Positions 30,960-40,229 are shown, counted from the first letter of the stretch. The stretch is 64,000 nt of DNA from an uncultured Actinomycetes bacterium (GCA_963744005.1 CAVURU010000005.1:44117-108116), one strand, 5' to 3'. Notes: generated by a model from the sequence alone, not told the origin. Made by a program: numbers and translations.

Positions 30960-32269
30960 TCATCCGGGGCTCCGCGCCAGCTTGGTCATCCCGTTCACCA
31001 GCCGGTCCGTCGCGTCGCCGTCGTGCGGATCGGTCAGGTTGGCGAGCAGCTTGAGGGCGAACCGCATCAGGGCGGGCCGCGACATGCCGTGCCTGGTGGC
31101 GAAGCGCATCAGGTCCGGCCGCCCGATCGCCTTCACGAATACGCGGCCGAGGGCATAGTAGCCGCCATAGGCCTCACGCAGTGCACGCGGGTACCCGGCC
31201 AGCACCCGTTCGGTGTCCGCCCGGCGCGGCCGGGCCAGCGCCTGGGCCACGATGCGGGACAGGATCTCGCCTGACTCCATGGCGTAGGCGATGCCCTCGC
31301 CGTTGAACGGGTTGACCATGCCGCCTGCGTCGCCGACCAGCAGCAGCCCGTTGTGGTAGTGCGGGGTGCGGTTGAACCCCATCGGCAGCGCCGCGCCGCG
31401 GATGGGCTGGGTGCGGTTCTCCTCGGTGAAGCCCCACTCGGCCGGCATGCTCCTCAGCCAGCGGCGCAGCAGCTCGTGGTAGTCCGTGTGCCCGAAGGCG
31501 GTGGACGTGTTCAGCAGGCCGAGGCCGACGTTGGACGTCCCGTCGCCCATGCCGAAGATCCAGCCGTAGCCCGGCAGCAGCCGGTCGCCGTCCCACAGGT
31601 CCAGCCAGGACTCCAGGTAGTCGTCGTCGTGCCGCGGGCTGCGGTAGTAGGTGCGGACCGCTACGCCGAGCGGCCGGTCGTCGCGCTTGTGCAGGCCCAT
31701 CCCCACCGAGAGCCGGGAGGAGTTGCCGTCGGCGGCCACGATGACGCGGGCGGCGTAGCTGCGCTCCGCCCCGGTCCCGGCCGCCCGGGCCGTCACCCCA
31801 GTGATCCGGCCGGTGCGGTCGTCCAGGACCGGGCCGGTCACGGTGGTGCCCTCGATCAGCCGCGCGCCGGCCTGCTGGGCCCGGCGGGCCAGCATCTCGT
31901 CGAAGTCGGTGCGGGGCCGGACCAGGCCGTAGCCCGGGTAGCTGGACAGCTCGGGCCAGGCCAGCTCGAGCCGGCGCCCGGCGCCGATGACGCGCAGTCC
32001 CTTGTTCCGCACCCAGCCGTCGTCCTCGCTGACGCTGACGCCCATGGCGACCAGGGCCCGGACCCCGCGCGGGGTCAGGCCGTCGCCGCACACCTTCTCG
32101 CGCGGGAACGCGGACTTCTCCAGGACCAGCACGTCCAGCCCGGCCTGGGCCAGGTAATAAGCGGTCGTCGAGCCGCAGGCCCGGCTCCGACGATGATGAC
32201 GTCGGCCTGGTCGGCGGGCGGGCCGCTCCGGCCGGTGGCGGGAGAGGCGGCGGTGTCGTGCTCGGTCAC
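30960..32269 (-). pseudogene. Geranylgeranyl reductase family flavoprotein (MenJ-like), frame broken by an apparent 1-nt deletion near 32172-32176
   Basis: The FAD-binding N-terminus ..ADVIIVGAGPA is in the 76-aa ORF frame. The continuation GSTTAYYLAQAGLDVLVLEKSAFPREKVCGDGLTPRG.. is in the 390-aa ORF frame. The junction reads gcg-gc-tcg where gcg-ggc-tcg is expected. The span is 1310 nt, which is 3n+2. Confidence 0.8.
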
Positions 32270-32355
32270 GGGGTGATGTCCTGAACGTCTTGTGAACCGC
32301 TTCACAAATTCTTTGCCATCAGTTTAGACCCCCATGGGAGGGCCCATACCTCGGG

Positions 32356-33078
32356 TCAGTCCCGCGGGCGGCGGGCCACGTGCACCGCGACCACGCCGAG
32401 GCTCAGGTCACGCCAGCGCACCGCCGACCAGCCCGCGGCCTCGATCACGCCGGCCAGCTCACGCTGGGCCGGCCAGTCGGCGATCGACTCGGCCAGGTAC
32501 TGGTAGGCCTCCGGGCTGCGGGCCGCCCGCCGCGCGATCGCCGGGAGGACACCGGTCAGGTAACGCCGGTAAAGCATATCGACCGGGGCGATCCTGATCG
32601 TGGCGAATTCGCAGATCACGAGGCGGCCGCCGGGTCGCGTCACCCGGCGCAGCTCAGCCAGGGCCTGTCCGGTGTCGGCCACGTTGCGCAGCCCGAAGGA
32701 GATCGTCACCGCGTCGAAGGCCTCGTCCCGGAACGGCAGCCGCAGCGCGTCCCCGGCCACCAGGCCCAGGCGGCCCGGGTGGCGCAGGTTCCGGGCCGTC
32801 ACCTTCGGCTGGCCGGCCTGGAGCATGCCCAGGGAGAAATCACAGGCCACGGTGTCCGCACCGGTCGCGGTGAAGCTGAGTGAGGACGTGCCGGTGCCGG
32901 CGGCCAGGTCCAGGACCCGCTCGCCGGGCTGGGCGCCGGTGATCCGGGCCACCGCCCGGCGCCACAGCCGGACCTGCCCGCCGGACAGCAGGTCGTTCAT
33001 CAGGTCGTAGCGGCCCGCGATGGCGTCGAACATGGCCGCCACCTCGCCGGGCCGCTTGTCAAGGTCGGCTCGCGGCAT
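32356..33078 (-). CDS. menG: Demethylmenaquinone methyltransferase (UbiE/MenG)
   Basis: 240 aa with the UbiE N-terminal signature [26 protein letters not shown] and the SAM motif VLDLAAGTG. Confidence 0.9.
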   Translation of the reverse strand: MPRADLDKRPGEVAAMFDAIAGRYDLMNDLLSGGQVRLWRRAVARITGAQPGERVLDLAAGTGTSSLSFTATGADTVACDFSLGMLQAGQPKVTARNLRHPGRLGLVAGDALRLPFRDEAFDAVTISFGLRNVADTGQALAELRRVTRPGGRLVICEFATIRIAPVDMLYRRYLTGVLPAIARRAARSPEAYQYLAESIADWPAQRELAGVIEAAGWSAVRWRDLSLGVVAVHVARRPRD

Positions 33079-33129
33079 GCCCCACAGCCTAGAGGAGCCC
33101 GCGGCCGGGAAACGCCCGCGTCCGGGCCC

Positions 33130-35244
33130 TCACAGGAGGGCGGGGCGCTGCCAGGGCTGGCCCAGCACGTGCTGGGCCAGGAAGGCCAGGACCGTCTCGT
33201 ACCAGATCCGCGCGTTCCCGGGCGTCAGGATCCAGTGGTTCTCGTCCGGGAAGTACAGGAACTTGGCGTCCAGCCCGTACCGGGACAGGTCCCACCACAG
33301 CCGCAGGCCCTCGGACACCGGCACCCGGTAGTCCTTGTTGCCGTGGATGACCAGCATGGGGGTGCGGATCAGCTCGATGTGCCGGTGCGGGGAGTTGGCC
33401 TCGTACATCCCGGGCTGGGTGAGCGGGTCGCCGAACTGCGGCCGCCAGAACATGGGATGGTCGGTGGTGCCGAACATCTGGTCCAGCGCCCACAGCCCCG
33501 CGTGGCTCACGATGGCCTTGAAGCGGTCGGTGTGACCGGCGATCCAGTTGGCCATGTAGCCGCCGTAGGAGCCGCCCATCATGCCGACGCGGTCGGCGTC
33601 GATGTCCGGGCGGGCCAGGACCGGCTCGGTCGCGGCCATGATGTCGGCCAGCGGCCGGTCACCCCAGCTGTGGTAGCCGCGGGCGATGAACTGCTGCCCG
33701 TACCCGGTGGACAGGGCCGGGTCCGGCAGCAGCACGGCGTAGCCCCGGGCCGCCATCAGCCACGGGTTCCACCGCCAGGACCAGCCGTTCCAGCTGCTCA
33801 TCGGGCCGCCGTGCACCCACAGCAGCAGCGGCGCGGGCCGGTCCGGGGCGGCCCCGTCGGGCAGCACCAGCCAGGCCCGGACGGGCTGGCCGTCATCGGC
33901 GGCGGCCTCGACCTCCTCGACCCGGCCCGGCAGGCTCAGCGGCACGCCGGGCGCCGCCAGCGGAACCGGGGCGGCCGCGTCGGCGGCCAGGTCGATGCGC
34001 ACCGGGGCGGGCGGCGAGTCCACCGCCGAGCGCAGCGCGTACAGGTAGCGGCCGTCCGGGGCCGGGTTGAGGTCGCTGTAGACGCCATCGTCGCCGGTCA
34101 GCTGGGTGACCTCGGTGGTCTGCACGTCGACCCGGAAGACCGGCCGCCGGCCGCTGTCGTCGGCGGTGAAGTACACGGCCCGGGAATCGGGCGACCAGGC
34201 CGCCTCGGCTGGCCATCGGTCCAGGCCGGGCAGCAGGTCGCGGCCCGCCTGGCCGGGCCCGCCCGGGCCGTCCAGCCCGAGCACGACCAGGGTGGTGTCG
34301 GGCGGCAGCTCGGGGGTGCTCTGCCGCTCGCGGAGGCAGACCGCCAGCCGGCCGTCGGGTGAGACCCGCGGGCTCTCGAAGTTGTACTCGGGCGCGCTGA
34401 GCAGGACCTGGCGCTTGCCGCTGGCCACGTCGATCATGACCAGCTCGGCGTGGGACTCCCCGGCGGGATGCCACTGCCACCAGCCGGTCAGCACGCCGGC
34501 GCCGTCGGGGGTCAGGCCGAACGATTCCTCATCCAGCGCCCGGCCGGGCTCCGGCGTCAGGTCGCGGGTCCCGGCGGCCGGATCCGGCTGGCCGGCCCGC
34601 GCCGCGGCAGCGGGCTCGTCCAGGCCAGCCTCGACCGCGAACAGCCTCAGCTGATCCGGACCCAGGTCGTGATCCCAGTACCGGACCGGCGCCGATTCGT
34701 GCAGGATGGCGGTCACCCCGGCGGCACTGCGCTCCTGCCGCCGCCGGGCGTCATCGGCGGCGGTGCTCTCGTCCGGGCCGGCCTGGGCGCCCGGCAGCAC
34801 CGGCGAGCTCACCACCACGGTCCCGGACCCGGCCGCGGCCTCGGCGCCGCTGACACCGCCGGGCAGCGTGACGACGACGCGGGCCTCCCCGCCGCCCGGC
34901 GGAAGCAGCCACAGTGCGGCCCCGGCGCCCGGGCCGGGCTCCGGGGTCCCGGGATCGGGCCGGCGGGAGGTGAACAGCAGCGATCCGTCCGGCCGGAACC
35001 TCGGGCCGGCTTCGCCTTCGGCGGACCGGGTCAGCCGCCGGGCCGGGCCGCCGTCCGGGTCGATCCGCCACAGGCTGGTCAGGTACTTCGTCCCGTCGGC
35101 GCTCAGCGTCTGCACGGCTGCCGCCAGCCAGCTGCCGTCCGGCGCCAGCCGCAGCGAGCCGACCCGCGGAATCGCCAGGTAGTCGGTGAGGTCATGGAAC
35201 GGCGTGGTTCCCTGGCTGCTCCCGGCAGGCGATTCAGCGCTCAT
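33130..35244 (-). CDS. S9 family serine peptidase (prolyl oligopeptidase / acylaminoacyl peptidase-like)
   Basis: 704 aa. An N-terminal propeller-like region is followed by a C-terminal alpha/beta hydrolase with the nucleophile elbow GGSYGGYM and a late GNKDYRVP..H. Confidence 0.8.
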   Translation of the reverse strand: MSAESPAGSSQGTTPFHDLTDYLAIPRVGSLRLAPDGSWLAAAVQTLSADGTKYLTSLWRIDPDGGPARRLTRSAEGEAGPRFRPDGSLLFTSRRPDPGTPEPGPGAGAALWLLPPGGGEARVVVTLPGGVSGAEAAAGSGTVVVSSPVLPGAQAGPDESTAADDARRRQERSAAGVTAILHESAPVRYWDHDLGPDQLRLFAVEAGLDEPAAAARAGQPDPAAGTRDLTPEPGRALDEESFGLTPDGAGVLTGWWQWHPAGESHAELVMIDVASGKRQVLLSAPEYNFESPRVSPDGRLAVCLRERQSTPELPPDTTLVVLGLDGPGGPGQAGRDLLPGLDRWPAEAAWSPDSRAVYFTADDSGRRPVFRVDVQTTEVTQLTGDDGVYSDLNPAPDGRYLYALRSAVDSPPAPVRIDLAADAAAPVPLAAPGVPLSLPGRVEEVEAAADDGQPVRAWLVLPDGAAPDRPAPLLLWVHGGPMSSWNGWSWRWNPWLMAARGYAVLLPDPALSTGYGQQFIARGYHSWGDRPLADIMAATEPVLARPDIDADRVGMMGGSYGGYMANWIAGHTDRFKAIVSHAGLWALDQMFGTTDHPMFWRPQFGDPLTQPGMYEANSPHRHIELIRTPMLVIHGNKDYRVPVSEGLRLWWDLSRYGLDAKFLYFPDENHWILTPGNARIWYETVLAFLAQHVLGQPWQRPALL

Positions 35245-35330
35245 CGTTACTCCGTACTGTCATCGGGCCGCCGTGACCGGCCCGCGCCGTGGCGGGCCGC
35301 ACTGGGACCATACCGCCGCATGGGCTGCGG

Positions 35331-36638
35331 CTAGCTGGCCTCGGTAATCATGGCCGCACCCACGGTGGAGTTGGTGGCCTCGTCGATGAGGATGAGGCCG
35401 CCGGTGGTGCGGTTGCGCGAGTACGGGTCGCAGAAGATGGGCTGGGTGAGGCGGAGCCGGACCCGGCCGACCTCGTTGAGGCCGAGCTGGGTGGCGGACT
35501 CGTCCCGGTGCAGGGTGTTCACGTCGATGCGGTAGTGCAGGTCGGTGACGATGGCCTTGACCGTGCGCGAGGTGTGCTTGACGATGATCCTGCTCCGCTG
35601 GCCCAGCACCGCGTCCGAGGACATCCAGCACAGCATGGCCTCGATGTCCTGCGCGGCGGCGGGCCGGTTGTTGGGCCGGCAGATCATGTCGCCGCGGGAG
35701 ATGTCCACGTCGTGGTCGAGCAGCAGCGTCACCGACATGGGCGAGAACGCCTCCGCGACCGGGGCCCCGGCCGCCTCGATGCCGCGGATGGTGGTAGTGA
35801 AGCCGGACGGCAGGTGCATGACCTCGTCGCCGGGCTTGAGCACGCCGCCCGCGACCTGGCCCGCGTAGCCGCGGTAGTCGTGCAGCACGGCGTCGGTGGC
35901 GGCCTGCGGCCGGATCACGTACTGGACCGGGAACCGGACGTCGATCAGGTTGCGGTCCGAGGCGATGTGCACGTGCTCCAGGTGGTGCAGCAGCGAGGGC
36001 CCGTCGTACCAGGGCATGTTGGCCGAGCGGTCGACCACGTTGTCCCCGTGCAGGGCGGAGATCGGGATGAAGGTCAGGTCGCCGATGTCCAGCCGGGCCG
36101 CGAAGGCGGAGAACTCCTCGCAGATCCGCTCGAAGACGCCCGCGTCGTAGCCGACCAGGTCCATCTTGTTCACCGCGAGCACCATGTGCGGCACCCGCAG
36201 CAGGGTGGTCAGGAAGGCGTGCCGCCGGGACTGCTCGGTCAGCCCGTTGCGCGCGTCCACCAGCACCACGGCCAGGTCAGCCGTGGAGGCGCCGGTCACC
36301 ATGTTGCGGGTGTACTGGATGTGCCCGGGGGTGTCGGCGATGATGAACTTCCGCCGCGGCGTCGCGAAGTACCGGTAGGCGACGTCGATGGTGATGCCCT
36401 GTTCCCGCTCGGCGCGCAGCCCGTCGGTGAGCAGGGCCAGGTTGGTGTAGTCCTCGCCCCGGTCGCGGCTGGTCCGCTCGACCGCCTCCAGCTGGTCGGC
36501 GAAGATCGCCTTGGAGTCGTACAGCAGCCGCCCGATCAGCGTCGACTTGCCGTCGTCGACGGAGCCGGCGGTGGCGAAGCGAAGCAGGTCCATGCGGGGG
36601 GCCAGGGGGGTAGCCGCGGCTGGGCTAGCAGCGTCCAT
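35331..36638 (-). CDS. cysN: Sulfate adenylyltransferase subunit 1 (GTPase), no fused APS-kinase domain
   Basis: 435 aa with G motifs GSVDDGKST, DTPGH and NKMD. The ATG overlaps the cysD TGA (ATGA). Confidence 0.9.
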   Translation of the reverse strand: MDAASPAAATPLAPRMDLLRFATAGSVDDGKSTLIGRLLYDSKAIFADQLEAVERTSRDRGEDYTNLALLTDGLRAEREQGITIDVAYRYFATPRRKFIIADTPGHIQYTRNMVTGASTADLAVVLVDARNGLTEQSRRHAFLTTLLRVPHMVLAVNKMDLVGYDAGVFERICEEFSAFAARLDIGDLTFIPISALHGDNVVDRSANMPWYDGPSLLHHLEHVHIASDRNLIDVRFPVQYVIRPQAATDAVLHDYRGYAGQVAGGVLKPGDEVMHLPSGFTTTIRGIEAAGAPVAEAFSPMSVTLLLDHDVDISRGDMICRPNNRPAAAQDIEAMLCWMSSDAVLGQRSRIIVKHTSRTVKAIVTDLHYRIDVNTLHRDESATQLGLNEVGRVRLRLTQPIFCDPYSRNRTTGGLILIDEATNSTVGAAMITEAS

Positions 36639-37550
36639 CAGAAATATCCCTCGCGCTTGCGGTCTTCCATCGCGGCCTCGCTGACCCGGTCGTCACCGCG
36701 GGTCTGGCCTCGTTCGGTGATCCGGGTCGCGGCCACCTCGGCGATGACCTCTGCCACCGTGGCGGCCGAGGAGGAGACCGCCCCGGTGCCGGTCATGTCG
36801 CCGACCGTCCGGTACCGGACGGTCGCGGTGAACAGCGGCTCGTCCTCGCCCCGCGTCACGAACGGGCTGTCGGCCAGCAGCAGCCCGTCCCGCTCGAAGA
36901 CCAGCCGTTCGTGCGCGTAGTAGATGGACGGGATCTCCAGCTCCTCGCGCTCGATGTAGGCCCAGACGTCCAGCTCGGTCCAGTTGGACAGCGGGAAGAC
37001 CCGGATGTGCTCGCCGCGGTGGATCCGGGTGTTGTACAGGCTCCACAGCTCGGGCCGCTGGTTCTTCGGGTCCCACTGGCCGAACTCGTCCCGGAAGGAG
37101 AACACCCGCTCCTTGGCCCGGGCCTTCTCCTCGTCCCGGCGGGCGCCGCCGAACAGCGCGTCGAACCGGTGCTCCTCGATGGCGTCCAGCAGGGTGACGG
37201 TCTGCAGCCGGTTCCGGCTGGCGTGCCAGGCCGGTCTCCTCGGTCACCCGCCCGGCGTCGATCGAGTCCTGGACCGAGGCGATGATGAGCCGCACGCCGA
37301 GCTCGGCGACCCGGCTGTCCCGGAAGGCGATCACCTCGGGGAAGTTGTGGCCGGTGTCCACGTGCATGACCGGGAACGGGATCCGGGCGGGGAAGAACGC
37401 CTTCTCGGCCAGGGCGAGCATGACGATGGAGTCCTTGCCCCCGGAGAACAGCAGCACCGGACGCTCGAATTCGGCCGCCACCTCGCGCATCACGTGGATG
37501 GCCTCGGCCTCGAGGACGTCGAGCTGGGAGAGCTGGTAATCAGGGGGCAT
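36638..37550 (-). pseudogene. cysD: Sulfate adenylyltransferase subunit 2, frame broken by an apparent 1-nt indel near 37225-37240
   Basis: The N-terminal part (PP-loop LFSGGKDS ..RVTEETG) is in the 285-aa ORF frame. The conserved continuation [66 protein letters not shown] is in the 155-aa ORF frame. The span is 913 nt, which is 3n+1. Confidence 0.85.
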
Positions 37551-38322
37551 TGGTGACTTCCCGGATGGCTTGCAGGATCGGGCCGGCGAGTGCGGGCTGG
37601 CAGACGAGGATATCCGGCATCAGCACGTCAGGCTGGTTGTAGGCCAGCGGTGACCCGTCGATCCGCGAGGCGTGCAGCCCGGCGGCCCGGGCCACCGCGA
37701 CCGGCGCGGCGGTGTCCCATTCGTAGAACCCGCCGGCGTGCACGTACGCATCAGCCTCGCCGCAGACCACGGCGGCCACCTTAGCGCCGGCCGAGCCCAG
37801 CGGGATCAGCTCCGCATCAATGAGGTCGGAAATATCCCGGACGAGCTGCGGCACCCGCGTCCGGCTCAGCACGATGCGGACCCGGGCCTCGCCGCCGGGC
37901 CAGCGGGCCGGGCCGGCCAGCTCGCCGGGCACGGTGGACAGGACCATGTCGCGGGCCGGCAGGGCGACCGCCCCGGCCGTCAGCTCCCCGGCGCCGTCCG
38001 GGCCGGCCGCCGCCCACAAGGCCACGTGCACCGCCCAGTCGGCCCGGCCTGCGTCGCCGAACTCCCGGGTGCCGTCGAGCGGGTCGACGATCCAGACCCG
38101 GCGGGCGGACAGCCGCGCCGGGTCATCCACGCCTTCCTCGGACAGCACCGCGTCGCCCGGCCGGCGGGCGGCCAGCTCGGCGACGAGGAACTCGTGGGAG
38201 AGCCGGTCGCCGGCCTTGCGCAGCAGGTCCGGGTCGCCGCCGCGGGCCCGCAGGTCCAGCAGCCGCCGCCCGGCCGCGGCGGCCAGGTCGCGGGCGAGCT
38301 CGTCGTCGCTGTCGGCCGTCAC
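37540..38322 (-). CDS. cysQ: 3'(2'),5'-bisphosphate nucleotidase (inositol monophosphatase family)
   Basis: 260 aa with motifs DPLDGTREF and WDTAAP. The GTG start follows GAGGAG. It overlaps the cysD start by 11 nt. Confidence 0.8.
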   Translation of the reverse strand: MTADSDDELARDLAAAAGRRLLDLRARGGDPDLLRKAGDRLSHEFLVAELAARRPGDAVLSEEGVDDPARLSARRVWIVDPLDGTREFGDAGRADWAVHVALWAAAGPDGAGELTAGAVALPARDMVLSTVPGELAGPARWPGGEARVRIVLSRTRVPQLVRDISDLIDAELIPLGSAGAKVAAVVCGEADAYVHAGGFYEWDTAAPVAVARAAGLHASRIDGSPLAYNQPDVLMPDILVCQPALAGPILQAIREVTNAP

Positions 38323-38392
38323 TGCGTCTCCTCGGTTCGGTGCGTCCGCCCGTGAACAGCAGCGGCCGGCGCCTGGCCATTCCCGCGCCGCA

Positions 38393-38989
38393 TCAGTCCG
38401 TGCCCGGCTCGGTGTGGAAGAGGTTCTGGGCCGCGGCCAGGCCGTTGCTGACCAGAGCCTCAGCGGCGTCGGCCGCGCGGTCGAGCAGGAACGGGAGCTC
38501 CTTCCGCTCGGCCGCGGTGAAGTCCCGCAGGACGAACGCGGCCGGATCCATCCGGCCCGGCGGCCGGCCGATGCCGAACCTGACCCGGTAGTAGTCGCGC
38601 GTCCCGACGGCCTGGGTGATGGACCGCAGCCCGTTGTGGCCGCCCTCGCCGCCGCCGAGCTTGAGCCGGACCGAGCCGAAGGGCAGGTCGAGCTCGTCGT
38701 GGACGACCATGATCCGGCCCGGCGGGACCTTGTAGAACGCGCTGAGCGCGGCCACCGGCCGGCCGGACAGGTTCATGTACGAACGCGGCCTGGCCACGGT
38801 GACGGGCACCCCGGCCAGGACGCCCTCGGCGATCTCGTTGCCCGAGCGGTGCGCCTTGAAGCGCGCCCCGGGCCCGCAGGCCCGCTCGGCGAGCAGCCCA
38901 GTCACCATGTGCCCGACGTTGTGCCTGTTGCCTGCGTACTCCGGCCCGGGATTTCCCAGGCCGGCGATGATCCAGCGTCCGGCGGTCAG
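38393..38989 (-). CDS. pth: Peptidyl-tRNA hydrolase; start probably non-canonical (CTG 38989)
   Basis: Pth core (..YMNLSGRPV.., [17 protein letters not shown]). The conserved N-terminal [20 protein letters not shown] lies upstream of the first ATG (38908), and the open frame has no ATG/GTG/TTG. CTG 38989 has GGGGAG 8 nt upstream and overlaps the rplY TGA. Confidence 0.85.
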   Translation of the reverse strand: MTAGRWIIAGLGNPGPEYAGNRHNVGHMVTGLLAERACGPGARFKAHRSGNEIAEGVLAGVPVTVARPRSYMNLSGRPVAALSAFYKVPPGRIMVVHDELDLPFGSVRLKLGGGEGGHNGLRSITQAVGTRDYYRVRFGIGRPPGRMDPAAFVLRDFTAAERKELPFLLDRAADAAEALVSNGLAAAQNLFHTEPGTD

Positions 38990-39630
38990 CCGTCCTGCTC
39001 CCCTTCGGCTGCGTCGTCCGCAGCCGCCGCGCCGTCCACCGGCTCAGGCACGTCGCCCTCGGCGCCCTCTTCCTCGACCGGCTCGGTCGCGGTGACCTGG
39101 TTGACCACGTGCAGGACCAGGATCTCGGGGTCGACCTGCAGGCTGACGCCAGGCGGCAGGGTGAGGTCGCTGGCGTGGATGGCGGCGCCGATCTCCATGC
39201 CCTCGATGTCCAGGTCGATGCCCTGCGGGATGTTCGTCGCCTCGGCCTCGACCGGGATCTGCACGAGCGACTGCTCCACCATCCCGTCCGGGGCGACGTC
39301 GCCGGTGACCCGGATCGGCACTTCGACGGTGACCTTCTCGCCGCGGCGGACCAGGATCAGGTCGACGTGCTCCAGGAAGCCCCTGACCGCGTCGCGCTGC
39401 ACCGCCTTGGGCAGGGCGATCTCACTGCCGGACCCCAGGCCGTCCAGGTAGAGCAGCACGTTCGGCGTCTTCAGCGCGAGCATCAGCTGGTGCCCGGGCA
39501 GGGTCAGGTGGCGGGTGTCCGTGCCGTGTCCGTACAGCACGGCGGGCACCAGGCCCTCGCTCCGGATACGGCGGGCAGCGCCCTTGCCGAATTCGTCACG
39601 AGTCTGGGCGGCGATATGGACCTCGGGCAC
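38986..39630 (-). CDS. rplY: 50S ribosomal protein L25 / general stress protein Ctc
   Basis: 214 aa. L25/Ctc two-domain pattern with an acidic C-terminal tail. The GTG start has GAGGAG 9 nt upstream. Confidence 0.88.
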   Translation of the reverse strand: MPEVHIAAQTRDEFGKGAARRIRSEGLVPAVLYGHGTDTRHLTLPGHQLMLALKTPNVLLYLDGLGSGSEIALPKAVQRDAVRGFLEHVDLILVRRGEKVTVEVPIRVTGDVAPDGMVEQSLVQIPVEAEATNIPQGIDLDIEGMEIGAAIHASDLTLPPGVSLQVDPEILVLHVVNQVTATEPVEEEGAEGDVPEPVDGAAAADDAAEGEQDG

Positions 39631-39932
39631 GGTACTTGGCTCCTCAACTCAACTCAGGCGTGATGCGACACGAAGTGTAGCCGACAACCGCGGCATGTGC
39701 CGGGTCGCCGCCGCAGGCCGCCGGGCCGGGGCCGCCGGCGGCGGGTGAGCCAGCTGTCGCGGCCATGGCTCAATGGCCGTTTCCGCGCCATTCAGCTTTC
39801 CTGGTGCGGCCGGTCAGATAATCGCGGCCAGGATTTCATCAAGGCTTTTCCCGCGGCTCGTGCCGGTGGCTTTGTTTTTGCTACCGAACAATTGAAAAAT
39901 CACGGGCCGGGAGCCGGGCCTCGCCGGCGGCG

Positions 39933-40229
39933 TTAGCCGTCCGCTTCGTCCTCGTCCTCTTCGTCATCTCCGAAGTCATCGTCATCGTCATCGTCGTCAT
40001 CGTCATCATCATCGTCGTCTTCGCCGAAGTCGAGGTCATCGTCATCCAGGTCATCGGCGTCGAGGTCGTCGACGTCGAGCTCGTCCTCGTCCTCCTCCTC
40101 AGCCTCGTCGTCGTCGTCGAAGTCGTCCTCGTCGTCGTCCTCGCCGGGCGCAGCCTGGATCGCGGTCATGCGGTAAGGCTCATCCAGCTCGTCGCGTACC
40201 GGCCGCTCGGCCAGGGCGGAATTCTGCAT
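39933..40229 (-). CDS. Hypothetical hyper-acidic protein (98 aa, about two thirds Asp/Glu)
   Basis: The ATG is preceded by GAGAGGAAAGCC. A 30-aa ordinary N-terminus is followed by a D/E tract that includes 15 consecutive Asp. TAA stop. No competing ORF of 60 aa or more lies on the other strand. Confidence 0.55.
   Translation of the reverse strand: MQNSALAERPVRDELDEPYRMTAIQAAPGEDDDEDDFDDDDEAEEEDEDELDVDDLDADDLDDDDLDFGEDDDDDDDDDDDDDDDFGDDEEDEDEADG

Noticed and set aside
39815-39842. A sigma-70-like promoter TTGATG-N16-TATCTG (minus strand) for rplY
   Set aside because: The -10 does not fit the actinobacterial TANNNT consensus, and the element lies about 185 nt from the start. This is plausible but unsupported without TSS data.
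39895-39932. An intrinsic terminator downstream of the acidic ORF (GC-rich segment followed by T5 on the minus strand)
   Set aside because: The best stem I can draw is only 5 bp (GCCGG-n6-CCGGC), and it sits 14 nt from the T run. This is too weak to call.
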